From assembly GCA_949025205.1 (NCBI GenBank), contig CARMXJ010000002.1, positions 48 through 64,047 on the forward strand: 64,000 nt of DNA. The letters run 5' to 3'. This DNA comes from an uncultured Bacilli bacterium. GTDB taxonomy: Bacteria > Bacillota_I > Bacilli_A > RF39 > UBA660. Below are positions 29,340 through 37,835 of the stretch, one piece after another. Every line of letters begins with the position of its first letter. The first letter of the stretch is position 1. The notes beneath the pieces are model-generated. The model worked only from the letters and a program-made list of their open reading frames with translations, had not been told where the DNA came from and ran no database searches. Both the position numbers and the translations under genes were made by a program.

Positions 29340-29954
29340 TTATACTTGTAAATGAGATAGACCATTTAAAAAAGTATTGTTAAAAGAAGAAAATCGAGAT
29401 ATTTTACAAAAAATATTAGAAACAACATTAAAAGTTAAAGTGTATGAGATAAAAGAATTAAATGTAGAAAAAAGAGTAGGAAATCTAAAGGTAAAAGGAA
29501 AAAGAGTAGATATTTTACTTTTCACAGAAATAGGGTATATTGGAATTGAATTAAATGCAAGATATCAAGAATATTACATGTAAGAAATCTAGCTTATCAC
29601 TGTGATAACTATGCCCATTACACATTGAGAGGAGAAGAATACAAATGCCTAATTATGCTCGATTTAGGATTAGAAGAATTAGAAAAGATAGCAAAGAAAG
29701 ATAAGATGGTGGAGAAGTATATGGAAGAGATAGAAAAGTTAAATGAAAGTCCAGAATTTCATATTTATATGACGGAAGAAGAAGATAGAAGAAAGTGTTT
29801 TAATACGGAGGTATCTTTAGCAAAAAAAGAAGCGAATATAGAAACAGCTAAAAATTTACTTGGGATGAATGTAACTACAATAGACCAAATAGCAAAGGCG
29901 ACGAATCTGTCAATAACAGAAATAGAAAATTTAAAGAAAAAAGTAGAAAGCTAA
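29340..29954 (+). pseudogene. degenerate Rpn/YhgA-like PD-(D/E)XK nuclease (transposase_31 family) remnant
   Basis: Fragment 29377-29583 carries KRVDILLFTEIGYIGIELN, a D...E-L-N/K PD-(D/E)XK core. Fragment 29625-29954 carries the family's characteristic C-terminal AKNLLGMNVTTIDQIAKATNLSITEIENLKK. The fragments are separated by stops and the total is shorter than an intact ~300-aa Rpn protein. Confidence 0.5.
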
Positions 29955-30098
29955 ATTGATACAAAAATATAGGAAAATTGCCGAAAAATTAAGTAAAATT
30001 TTTGGCAATCACATCTATATGATAGAGAAGAACCATAAATCTGTGTAAATAAGAAATCTTTCCATGATAAAATAAAAAAATAGAACAGCCGTTTTTTG

Positions 30099-30305
30099 TT
30101 ATTGTTGTTCTATTTTTCTTGTATTTATTGCTTGGTATCCTTTAGCGGTTTCGATTAAATCAAATTCAACTTCATCATCCTTTTTTAGTGTCTTATATCC
30201 ATCTTGGATAATAGAAGAGTAGTGTACAAAGACGTCTTCTTTGTCAGTATATTTAATGAATCCATAGCCTTTTTCATCTTTAAACCATTTAACTCTACTG
30301 CGCAA
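30099..30305 (-). CDS. cold-shock protein (CspA family)
   Basis: VKWFKDEKGYGFI...DVFVHYSSI RNP motifs. The likely start is the TTG at 30305, preceded by GTGAGGTG; the track ORF extends to 30344. Confidence 0.8.
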   Translation of the reverse strand: MRSRVKWFKDEKGYGFIKYTDKEDVFVHYSSIIQDGYKTLKKDDEVEFDLIETAKGYQAINTRKIEQQ

Positions 30306-30402
30306 CCCCAAACACCTCACTTTCGCTAGTTTACATGATAACATAAAAGAAGAAAGATTCCATGTCTTAGAAGAGATTATGTCAAAATGAGGGGATAATT
30401 TG

Positions 30403-31683
30403 CTATTTGCATTTTTTGATGATTATTTTTTGGACAAAAAAGTTATCATAAATGCTTGTATCTTTGGAAAAAGTATCACTGTGTTTAATAATTTGTTGAA
30501 ATAAATATAAACCGATTCCACGATTTTTTCCTTTGCTGCTAAATCCCTTCTCTTCCAAACGGTCAATGGAAATATGCTTAAACGTATTGGCAAGAACGAT
30601 TACAATATTTTCATCTTCTTGGTAAAGATGCAAGCTTATCATTTTTTCTTTGCTTTCTATACTGGCTTCTATAGCGTTATCTAAAATAATTCCTAAAAGG
30701 GTATACAAATCATTTTTTTCTTGAGTATTTAAGAAGTCTTCTTTTAGTTTTGAAATATCTTCTGAAATATAGACTTCTACCTCAATATTTAACTCTTTCA
30801 TTTTTAATAATTTAAAATTAATCAATCCTTTTACTCCTGCAATAGGAATGTTTTTTATATCGGTTAGCCAGCGATAATGGTTTACTGCTTTTTCTTCTAA
30901 AATAGAATCAATATACTCTTGTAATTCTTTTTGATTTTCGTTTGCCATTCCTTTGATAATAATTAGTTTATTTTTGTATTCGTGAATGAAACTTTTGTAC
31001 TCTGTTAAAAGACCTTCTGTAAATTCAGAATATTCTAAAATTTTTTGGTAATTTTTATTTAAAATGTTGTTTTTATCTTTTTCTTGAAATAGGAAAAAAA
31101 TAAGATTAAAAATAATAAAAAATAAAAATAAATTTAAAATATTTTGCATACAAAAATAAGAGGAATACGTAGGAATACGTATCATAATAATAAACAAAAG
31201 CCCTAGATTGTTAAAAATACTTTTGGTAAGTGTCTTGGGGGTTTTATAGACATGAGGGTTAGTAATATATTCTTTTAAAGATTGTGCAAATGTAAAAATA
31301 AAAATACTAGACAAAATAGAAGTAAAGATAATCATCGTATAATTAGAAGGAATGGTAATATTTAAAAAATATAAAATTGCTTTTAAAATCACTTCAAAAG
31401 AAAAACGAATCATGTATAAGATGACAAGTAGAGTAATGAGGGTTTGGGTACTTTCAGTGCATTTTAAAAAGAGAAATAAAATGGTAAGTAAAATATAAAA
31501 GGTAAAAGCAATGAGTGGCTCTGTATAAATAGCATTAATCGCATATAAAAGAGCAAATAAAAAAATATTAGCTATAGTAAGAAGTTTTTTTCTTTTTTTT
31601 GACGGAAATAAAAAGTGAGTAATAAAAAAAAGATAGGTAAAGAGCCATAGTCCTAAACCAAATTCATACCATATCATATTCAT
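30403..31683 (-). CDS. AgrC/ComD-like membrane sensor histidine kinase (HATPase_c_5)
   Basis: About six N-terminal TM helices, then a GHKL ATPase domain (NAIEA...GKNRGIGL). It overlaps the upstream LytTR regulator by 20 nt. Confidence 0.75.
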   Translation of the reverse strand: MNMIWYEFGLGLWLFTYLFFITHFLFPSKKRKKLLTIANIFLFALLYAINAIYTEPLIAFTFYILLTILFLFLKCTESTQTLITLLVILYMIRFSFEVILKAILYFLNITIPSNYTMIIFTSILSSIFIFTFAQSLKEYITNPHVYKTPKTLTKSIFNNLGLLFIIMIRIPTYSSYFCMQNILNLFLFFIIFNLIFFLFQEKDKNNILNKNYQKILEYSEFTEGLLTEYKSFIHEYKNKLIIIKGMANENQKELQEYIDSILEEKAVNHYRWLTDIKNIPIAGVKGLINFKLLKMKELNIEVEVYISEDISKLKEDFLNTQEKNDLYTLLGIILDNAIEASIESKEKMISLHLYQEDENIVIVLANTFKHISIDRLEEKGFSSKGKNRGIGLYLFQQIIKHSDTFSKDTSIYDNFFVQKIIIKKCK

Positions 31684-32410
31684 CCCCCTTTGTTATTTTT
31701 TCTTTTAAGATTTTCTTTTTGTTTCTAGAAAGCAAATCGGTAGAGCCATTGTTTATAAAATAAATTCGATTGTTTGTAAAATCGATTCTTTCAATATTTT
31801 TTAAGTTTACGATACAGCTTTGATGGGTTTTGAAAAAATAAGGTACACTTAAAAGTTCCGTTTCAATTTTGGTAATGCTTTGTTTTAATTTAAAAGTATC
31901 GTGTTTGGTAATAATCGAAGTATAGTTGTGATTTAAATCTTTTTCAAAATACAAAATATCCTGATAGGAAATTTGATAGAGTTCATTGTTATAAGTAAAT
32001 TTGAAAGATTTATGGCGAGAGTGAATACGAAGGGCTACTACGATTGCTTCTTCAATCTTATCATCAATGCATTCCTTTTTTGTTATAAAATCTAACATCA
32101 GTATTTTGCTTGTATACCCTTCTTCTTTAAAACATTCATGAGAGGTAATCATAATCATTTGGCTTTCCCAGTCTCCCGTGTTTCTTATTTCTCTAGCTAA
32201 ATCAAGGCCAGATTTTCCTGGAACTTCCATATCCAAAAGATAAATATTTTTTCCAAGTAAATCGTCTAATTTTTTCTTGGCTTCTTTGGTGTATTTATCG
32301 ATAACTAAAATTTGGTAATGGTCTTTTTTATGCCCTATCACTCTTAATATGGCTTTTCTGTAATTTTCTTGCCATTTTTTACTGTCTTCGTAAATTATAA
32401 AGTTAATCAT
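31664..32410 (-). CDS. LytTR-family response regulator
   Basis: Receiver domain (LLDMEVPGKSGLDLAREI) plus a C-terminal LytTR DNA-binding domain. The start is the ATG at 32410, preceded by GGTGAAAAG; the track ORF extends to 32590. Confidence 0.8.
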   Translation of the reverse strand: MINFIIYEDSKKWQENYRKAILRVIGHKKDHYQILVIDKYTKEAKKKLDDLLGKNIYLLDMEVPGKSGLDLAREIRNTGDWESQMIMITSHECFKEEGYTSKILMLDFITKKECIDDKIEEAIVVALRIHSRHKSFKFTYNNELYQISYQDILYFEKDLNHNYTSIITKHDTFKLKQSITKIETELLSVPYFFKTHQSCIVNLKNIERIDFTNNRIYFINNGSTDLLSRNKKKILKEKITKGDEYDMV

Positions 32411-32614
32411 ATTCTTTTCACCTGATTTTATTCGTACTTTGCTAGTGTAGCATAAAACAAAATTTGCTCTTTTTTTTCGTTTTTCTAAAAATATACTTTT
32501 TTGTCTAAATAGGTCTTTTTTAAATTTAAAATATTTTCCTTTTTTCTTTAGGCGGGCTAAAAAAATGAGTTGAAGTGGGATTCTTTTCAAGGTAAAATAA
32601 AGGTAGGTGATACG

Positions 32615-32896
32615 ATGATTTGTAAAAGATGTGGAGCGGCTTTACCAAGTACTGGCTTTTTATGTACGAATTGTGGATTTATGATGGATGCAGAACAAAT
32701 TAAAAAGCAAAAAGAACTTATGCAGGCAAATAAACGGCAAAATAATGTAGAAATGATTAGTGAGCGATATGGCAAAAATAAAGTTTTGTATCAAAGACGA
32801 GAAAAAGAAAGACATTCTATATTTAAACCTATTCTTTTTCTTTTCCTTCTTCTTTTGTTCCTCTTTGGTATTTTAATTTTCGTTTTATTTTCTTAA
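32615..32896 (+). CDS. zinc-ribbon protein with C-terminal TM segment
   Basis: CKRCGAAL...CTNCGF double CxxC motif and a C-terminal hydrophobic helix. AGGTAGGTGA RBS. Confidence 0.5.
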   Translation: MICKRCGAALPSTGFLCTNCGFMMDAEQIKKQKELMQANKRQNNVEMISERYGKNKVLYQRREKERHSIFKPILFLFLLLLFLFGILIFVLFS

Positions 32897-32927
32897 AATT
32901 AGGGAAGAATAGTTCTAGGTGGTAAAC

Positions 32928-33443
32928 ATGGAACTATTCTTTTTATGTATTAAAATTTTTTTTGCTCGTATTTTAGATGTATCGATTGGAACTGTTAGAA
33001 CTATGCTTATGGTAAAAGGGCGTACTGTGATTATGGTTATCCTTGCATTCTTAGAAGTGTTTATTTGGTTTTTGGTGGCAAGAGAGGCATTGGTTACAGA
33101 TGTAGAAAGTATATTGATTCCGATTTCTTATTCTTTGGGATATGCAACAGGTACTTTTATAGGTTCTTTTATATCCAATACATTTATAAAAGGAATTGTT
33201 GGGGTACAAGTGGTTATTGAAAAAGGAAATAAAGCGCTTTTGGGAGCAGTAAGAAAACATGGATATGCCGTGTCTATTATGGATTTAAAAGATGATTATG
33301 CTGGGAATCAAAGAGATATGTTGTTTTTTCAAATTAACAATCGAAATTTAAAGCGTTTAATCTCTTTAATTAAAAAATACGATGAAAAAGCATTTATTGT
33401 AGTTAGTGATACAAAAGCTGTTCAAAATGGTTTTATTAAATAA
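32928..33443 (+). CDS. UPF0316/DUF2179 family membrane protein
   Basis: About 170 aa with three N-terminal TM helices and a C-terminal DUF2179-like soluble domain. AGGTGG RBS. Confidence 0.5.
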   Translation: MELFFLCIKIFFARILDVSIGTVRTMLMVKGRTVIMVILAFLEVFIWFLVAREALVTDVESILIPISYSLGYATGTFIGSFISNTFIKGIVGVQVVIEKGNKALLGAVRKHGYAVSIMDLKDDYAGNQRDMLFFQINNRNLKRLISLIKKYDEKAFIVVSDTKAVQNGFIK

Positions 33444-33458
33444 GTGTTTTATTTCATG

Positions 33459-33487
33459 TAAACTCTCTGGATTTGAGAGTTTTTTGT
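33459..33487 (+). terminator. rho-independent terminator
   Basis: Perfect 8-bp stem aaactctc/gagagttt, 7-nt loop, T6. Confidence 0.75.
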
Positions 33488-33569
33488 GGTATTTTGTGCT
33501 ATAATTTTAATTGCAAATTGTTAGTTATATTTTGTTCTTTTATGGCAATTTTTACTAATGAAAAACCAT

Positions 33570-33597
33570 TTGACTTTTTTATTTGCTTGTGTTAGTA
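33570..33597 (+). promoter_or_regulatory. candidate promoter of the surface-protein cluster (TTGACT-16-TGtTAGTAT extended -10)
   Basis: TTGACT at 33570-75 and an extended -10 TGnTAGTAT at 33589-97, about 115 nt upstream of the 33714 ATG. Confidence 0.4.
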
Positions 33598-33713
33598 TAA
33601 ATGCCAATTTAAAGAGAGACAGCATGCGATTAAGGAAAAAAATATTGGAAGAAATATAAAATTGGCTTAATGTAATTAACAATTTTATACAAAAAGAAAG
33701 AAAGGTTTAAAAA

Positions 33714-35894
33714 ATGAAAAAAGAAGAAACTCCAAAAAATGTATTTGAAAAAAAGAATGCTATTAAAAAGGCATTTGCTGGTATAGGTGTTGCAGCTCTT
33801 TTATCTTTAGGAGTAATAGCTTGTAATAAATATAATGAAAAAAGAGCAGAAAATATTTATACTCCAAGTTTAGAAGACTTAATTGGTGATGTAGAAGATG
33901 AAGAACAAATTGTAGTTGTAGATGAACAACCAGTTGAAGAAGAAATAGAAGAATTTGCTGAAGAAAAAGAAGAACTAGAAGAAGAAATCGAAAGTGACCA
34001 TCCATTTGATGCTATTGATTTATCTAATTATGAAGGATATAGTCTTGATGAAGCTTTAAAATCTATTGGATTAGAACCTACCCCAGAACTTAAAGCAGAA
34101 CTAGCAGCGTATCTTGAAATAGATCCATATCTTAAAACTGCAGAACAAAATATCCGTATTTTACAAAGTCTAGGTGCTACAATAAAAGTTGGTGGCGTTG
34201 AAAAAGAAGCTATTAAAAATGAAAATGGAGAATTTGTAGTTGTTCCTATTGATGAAGAAAAAAAGAAACAAGAGGGAAATGGAGTTGACTCTGATAATAG
34301 GCAAAATGAAGGAGCTTCTAACGAAACTACAACTCCAGAAAATCAAGGACCAGAAAATAATTCGGAAACTGCCAATAGAGATTCTAATTCATCTAGTGAT
34401 AGTAGTGATTCATCTTCTAATAATGGCAGTGATGATGAATTTGATAATAATAACGGTAATACCAATACTGGTAATAATCAAGGAACTGATAATCCCGGAA
34501 ATAACAATAACGACAATAATAATGGAAATACCAATACCGATAATAATCAAGGAACTGATAATCCAGGAAATAATGATAATAATGACAATACAGAAGAAGA
34601 AATTAAGACTTATGTTGAGTTATATCATAAATGGGTTGATAACCAAGATGGTACATGTTCTTTAGAATCTATTCAACAATGTAACGAAGATGGAAGTATC
34701 AAAACAGTTATTATAAAAACACAAGCTCATGCAATGGGAGAATGGATAACAAATGAAGCTGGTACAGAAAAAACAAGAAAATGTGAAAATGATTGTGGAT
34801 ATAAAGAAATAGAAGAAATAAAGAAACCAGAACCAGTGCAACATGAGCATAATTATGTATCAGTTCCAGGGTCACAAAGATATGTAAACAACGGAGATGG
34901 AACACATTCCTTAGTAGAGAATCAAGAATGTAATGTAGAGGGATGTCCTGAAGACGAAAAGATAAAAACAGATGTTGAATTATCAAGAGAGAACCATACA
35001 ATGGGAGAATGGGTAACAAATGAAGCTGGAACAGAGAAAGAAAGAAAATGTACAGCAGAAGGTTGTGGATATAAAGAAACAGAAGAAATAAAGAAACCAG
35101 AACCAGTGCAACATGAGCATAATTATGTATCAGTTCCAGGGTCACAAAGATATGTAAACAACGGAGATGGAACACATTCCTTAGTAGAGAATCAAGAATG
35201 TAATGTAGAGGGATGTCCTGAAGACGAAAAGATAAAAACAGATGTTGAATTATCAAGAGAGAACCATACAATGGGAGAATGGGTAACAAATGAAGCTGGA
35301 ACAGAGAAAGAAAGAAAATGTACAGCAGAAGGTTGTGGATATAAAGAAACAGAAGAAATAAAGAAACCAGAACATTCTCACATATATGTTGATGTTGAAG
35401 GAACAGGACATTATGTAGATAATGGCGATGGAACACATTCTTGGGTGGTAGATCAAGTATGTAATGAAGCAGGATGTCCAGAAGATGAAAAATCTAAGAA
35501 AGACGTAGTAGTTTCTACTGATGCTCATACACCTACTGATATTAATCAAGCAAATGGTAAATATAAAGATGTATGGTGTCCTACTTGTGGAACTTATTTA
35601 GAATATGATGTACCTGTTAGTTCAGTTACAGCAACAGTTCATGAAGAAGGACATGTTGATCCGGTTCAAGAATCTAAATTTAATGATGCATATTTAGAGG
35701 CAATTATAGAAGAAAATAATGTAGCAGAAGATAATTATGATTACCCAGTTTCAGAGGATATGATGCATTATGATTCAGAAGAACAACCTTTGAATAATGA
35801 TTATCCTGTATCTGGCGATGGAGATACTCCAGAAAACGAAGAAGAATTAATTCTAGGACGTAGATTAACACCAAAATCTTATTATAGAGCTTAA
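33714..35894 (+). CDS. lipoprotein with low-complexity N/G/T region and tandem 90-aa four-cysteine repeat modules
   Basis: Signal peptide with lipobox VIAC. Acidic region, NNNGNTNT low-complexity region, then about 4 modules (2 identical) containing CNVEGC and CTAEGCGY pairs. Confidence 0.75.
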   Translation: MKKEETPKNVFEKKNAIKKAFAGIGVAALLSLGVIACNKYNEKRAENIYTPSLEDLIGDVEDEEQIVVVDEQPVEEEIEEFAEEKEELEEEIESDHPFDAIDLSNYEGYSLDEALKSIGLEPTPELKAELAAYLEIDPYLKTAEQNIRILQSLGATIKVGGVEKEAIKNENGEFVVVPIDEEKKKQEGNGVDSDNRQNEGASNETTTPENQGPENNSETANRDSNSSSDSSDSSSNNGSDDEFDNNNGNTNTGNNQGTDNPGNNNNDNNNGNTNTDNNQGTDNPGNNDNNDNTEEEIKTYVELYHKWVDNQDGTCSLESIQQCNEDGSIKTVIIKTQAHAMGEWITNEAGTEKTRKCENDCGYKEIEEIKKPEPVQHEHNYVSVPGSQRYVNNGDGTHSLVENQECNVEGCPEDEKIKTDVELSRENHTMGEWVTNEAGTEKERKCTAEGCGYKETEEIKKPEPVQHEHNYVSVPGSQRYVNNGDGTHSLVENQECNVEGCPEDEKIKTDVELSRENHTMGEWVTNEAGTEKERKCTAEGCGYKETEEIKKPEHSHIYVDVEGTGHYVDNGDGTHSWVVDQVCNEAGCPEDEKSKKDVVVSTDAHTPTDINQANGKYKDVWCPTCGTYLEYDVPVSSVTATVHEEGHVDPVQESKFNDAYLEAIIEENNVAEDNYDYPVSEDMMHYDSEEQPLNNDYPVSGDGDTPENEEELILGRRLTPKSYYRA
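34821..35374 (+). repeat. perfect 270-bp tandem direct repeat (2.05 copies) inside the lipoprotein CDS
   Basis: 34821-35090 and 35091-35360 are identical nucleotide-for-nucleotide by direct comparison. Diverged partial copies flank on both sides. Confidence 0.9.
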
Positions 35895-35943
35895 TTTCTT
35901 CAATAGAATTTATAATTCTTAAAATGAAAGATGGTGAAAAGAA

Positions 35944-36558
35944 ATGAAAAAGGGCAAAAAATGGTATAAGTCATTTAGTAACTGGCTAATCATTGTGGCT
36001 TGTGTCATACTAATACCTGTATTGGTAATGAATATAAGTATTATGTTTCAAGCAAAAAAGAATGAAAGTGCTGTCCCAAGTATATTCGGATTTAAGCCAT
36101 TCATTGTTCTATCTGGCTCAATGGAAACAGAAATACATAAAGGTGATATGATTATAACCAAAATAGTAGACCCTGCATCACTAGGAGTAGATGATGTCAT
36201 CGCTTTTAGAGATGCAGAGGATACTGTTACTACACATAGGATTATCGATGTTGTGGTAGAGGAAGGCCAAACTTACTTTATTACAAAGGGAGATAACAAT
36301 AGTACCCAAGATAGAAACTTGGTAGAACTAAGTGATGTAGAAGGTTTATATATAGGAAGAATTCCTGGGATTGGTTCGATGATGAATAGTTTATCAGAAC
36401 CAACAACAATTATTATTGTTGTGCTTGGAATTACGATAATATTTGTAATCGGCTTTACAATTTCTAGTAAGAAACAAAGAGAAGCCGAAAGAAAAGAATT
36501 CTTAGAATACAAAAGAATGAAGGAACAACAAGAAAATTCTAAGGAAAATAAAAAATAA
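35944..36558 (+). CDS. SipW-type (S26B, ER/archaeal-type) signal peptidase I, paralog 1
   Basis: SGSMETEIHKGD (catalytic Ser), THRI (His) and KGDNN motifs. C-terminal TM plus a K/E-rich tail. Confidence 0.8.
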   Translation: MKKGKKWYKSFSNWLIIVACVILIPVLVMNISIMFQAKKNESAVPSIFGFKPFIVLSGSMETEIHKGDMIITKIVDPASLGVDDVIAFRDAEDTVTTHRIIDVVVEEGQTYFITKGDNNSTQDRNLVELSDVEGLYIGRIPGIGSMMNSLSEPTTIIIVVLGITIIFVIGFTISSKKQREAERKEFLEYKRMKEQQENSKENKK

Positions 36559-36695
36559 GTCCTAAAGACTTAAGTAAATTCGGTAAATGGCCTTATAGGC
36601 ATTTACATAGATGTGGAAGTAACATAACTTCCTGTCGCATAACAGATAAGTTATGCAATATAAAAAGAATTACTTAGGAGGGGAGGTGAAAAAGA

Positions 36696-37730
36696 ATGAA
36701 AAAGAGAACAATGGTACTAGGTGGTTTATTAATGGCAGTTGCTATTACTGGTTATTCAGTAAGTGGAACTTATGCTAAATACATTTCTGGTATTGATGAA
36801 ACTGATGAAGCAAGAGTTGCTAAATGGTCTTTCGGAGAAGGATTAAATGAAGCGGGTGTTGCAGATTTATTCAAATCATCTTATACACTTAAGAAAGATG
36901 GATGTACTGGAACTAAATGTGATTACACTTATGTTGTATCAAGCGATACTTCTGATGTTATTGCTCCAGGAACAAATGGTGAATATACATTCGAAATTAA
37001 TGGTGAAATGGAAACAAATTACATTTTAAATATTGCTATTGATGGTGATAATACTTATAATACTGTAACATTAACAAATGGTGAAATACTTTCAGCTAGT
37101 GATTTAGGTTCTTTAAATGCTAGCGACATTGCTTATAATCCATTACGTTTTAGATTATATAAACATAATATTGATTCAACAACTGGTACAGATAATACTA
37201 CTGATACTGATAAAGGTTATTGGTTAACTTATGATGAGTTTATCGCTGCTTTCAAGAAAATGTTCAATCCAGGAACAACTACTACATCATCTAAGAAAGT
37301 TAACAATCCATTATATGTACAAGCGGCCAATAATAATATTGATTTAGGAACTTATACTATTGAATGGGCATGGTCATTTGATTATGCTGATTTAGCAGCT
37401 AACTATAATGCATCAACATCAACTAAAACTCAAGATGCAGTTATAGCTAATGCACATGCAGCTCAAATAGGAATTGGTTCATTAACTACTTCAAAGAAAG
37501 TAGAAGCTTATACTGCAACTATTAATAAATATGATACTTTATTAGGTAACTCAATTATTGATGGTGTAAAAACATACAATGGTATGTCAGATGCTACTAC
37601 TACAGCTGCAAAGAAGAAAGAAGAATATAAGAAGTCTGGTGCATATAAAAACGTTAGCTTAAATGTTAACATTAGTGCTACACAAACTACTTGTGAAGCA
37701 GGTACATTAGTTAGTGATTGTACTAAATAA
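36696..37730 (+). CDS. secreted TasA/camelysin-like protein with SipW-cognate signal peptide
   Basis: N-terminus MKKRTMVLGGLLMAVAITGYSVSGTYAKYISGIDETDEARVAKWSF resembles the TasA/CalY N-terminal region (GGGTWAAFND... / GGGTFAYFSDKE...). T/S/N-rich mature region. Confidence 0.6.
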   Translation: MKKRTMVLGGLLMAVAITGYSVSGTYAKYISGIDETDEARVAKWSFGEGLNEAGVADLFKSSYTLKKDGCTGTKCDYTYVVSSDTSDVIAPGTNGEYTFEINGEMETNYILNIAIDGDNTYNTVTLTNGEILSASDLGSLNASDIAYNPLRFRLYKHNIDSTTGTDNTTDTDKGYWLTYDEFIAAFKKMFNPGTTTTSSKKVNNPLYVQAANNNIDLGTYTIEWAWSFDYADLAANYNASTSTKTQDAVIANAHAAQIGIGSLTTSKKVEAYTATINKYDTLLGNSIIDGVKTYNGMSDATTTAAKKKEEYKKSGAYKNVSLNVNISATQTTCEAGTLVSDCTK

Positions 37731-37835
37731 TGAATGTAAATTAACTAGGAAGTTTAATTTAACTTCCAAATAAGCCTATGATAGTTCGTAGGTTTATTTG
37801 AAAATTAAATTGTATGGCAAAGGAGGGGTACAGAT

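Noticed and set aside
34240-35549. ORFs 34240-34665 (+), 34662-34850 (-), 34711-35436 (-, 241 aa) and 35253-35549 (-)
   Set aside because: All lie inside the repeat lipoprotein CDS, and the 241-aa minus ORF is itself internally repetitive only because it mirrors the 270-bp tandem repeat. Leu/Phe-rich nonsense composition.
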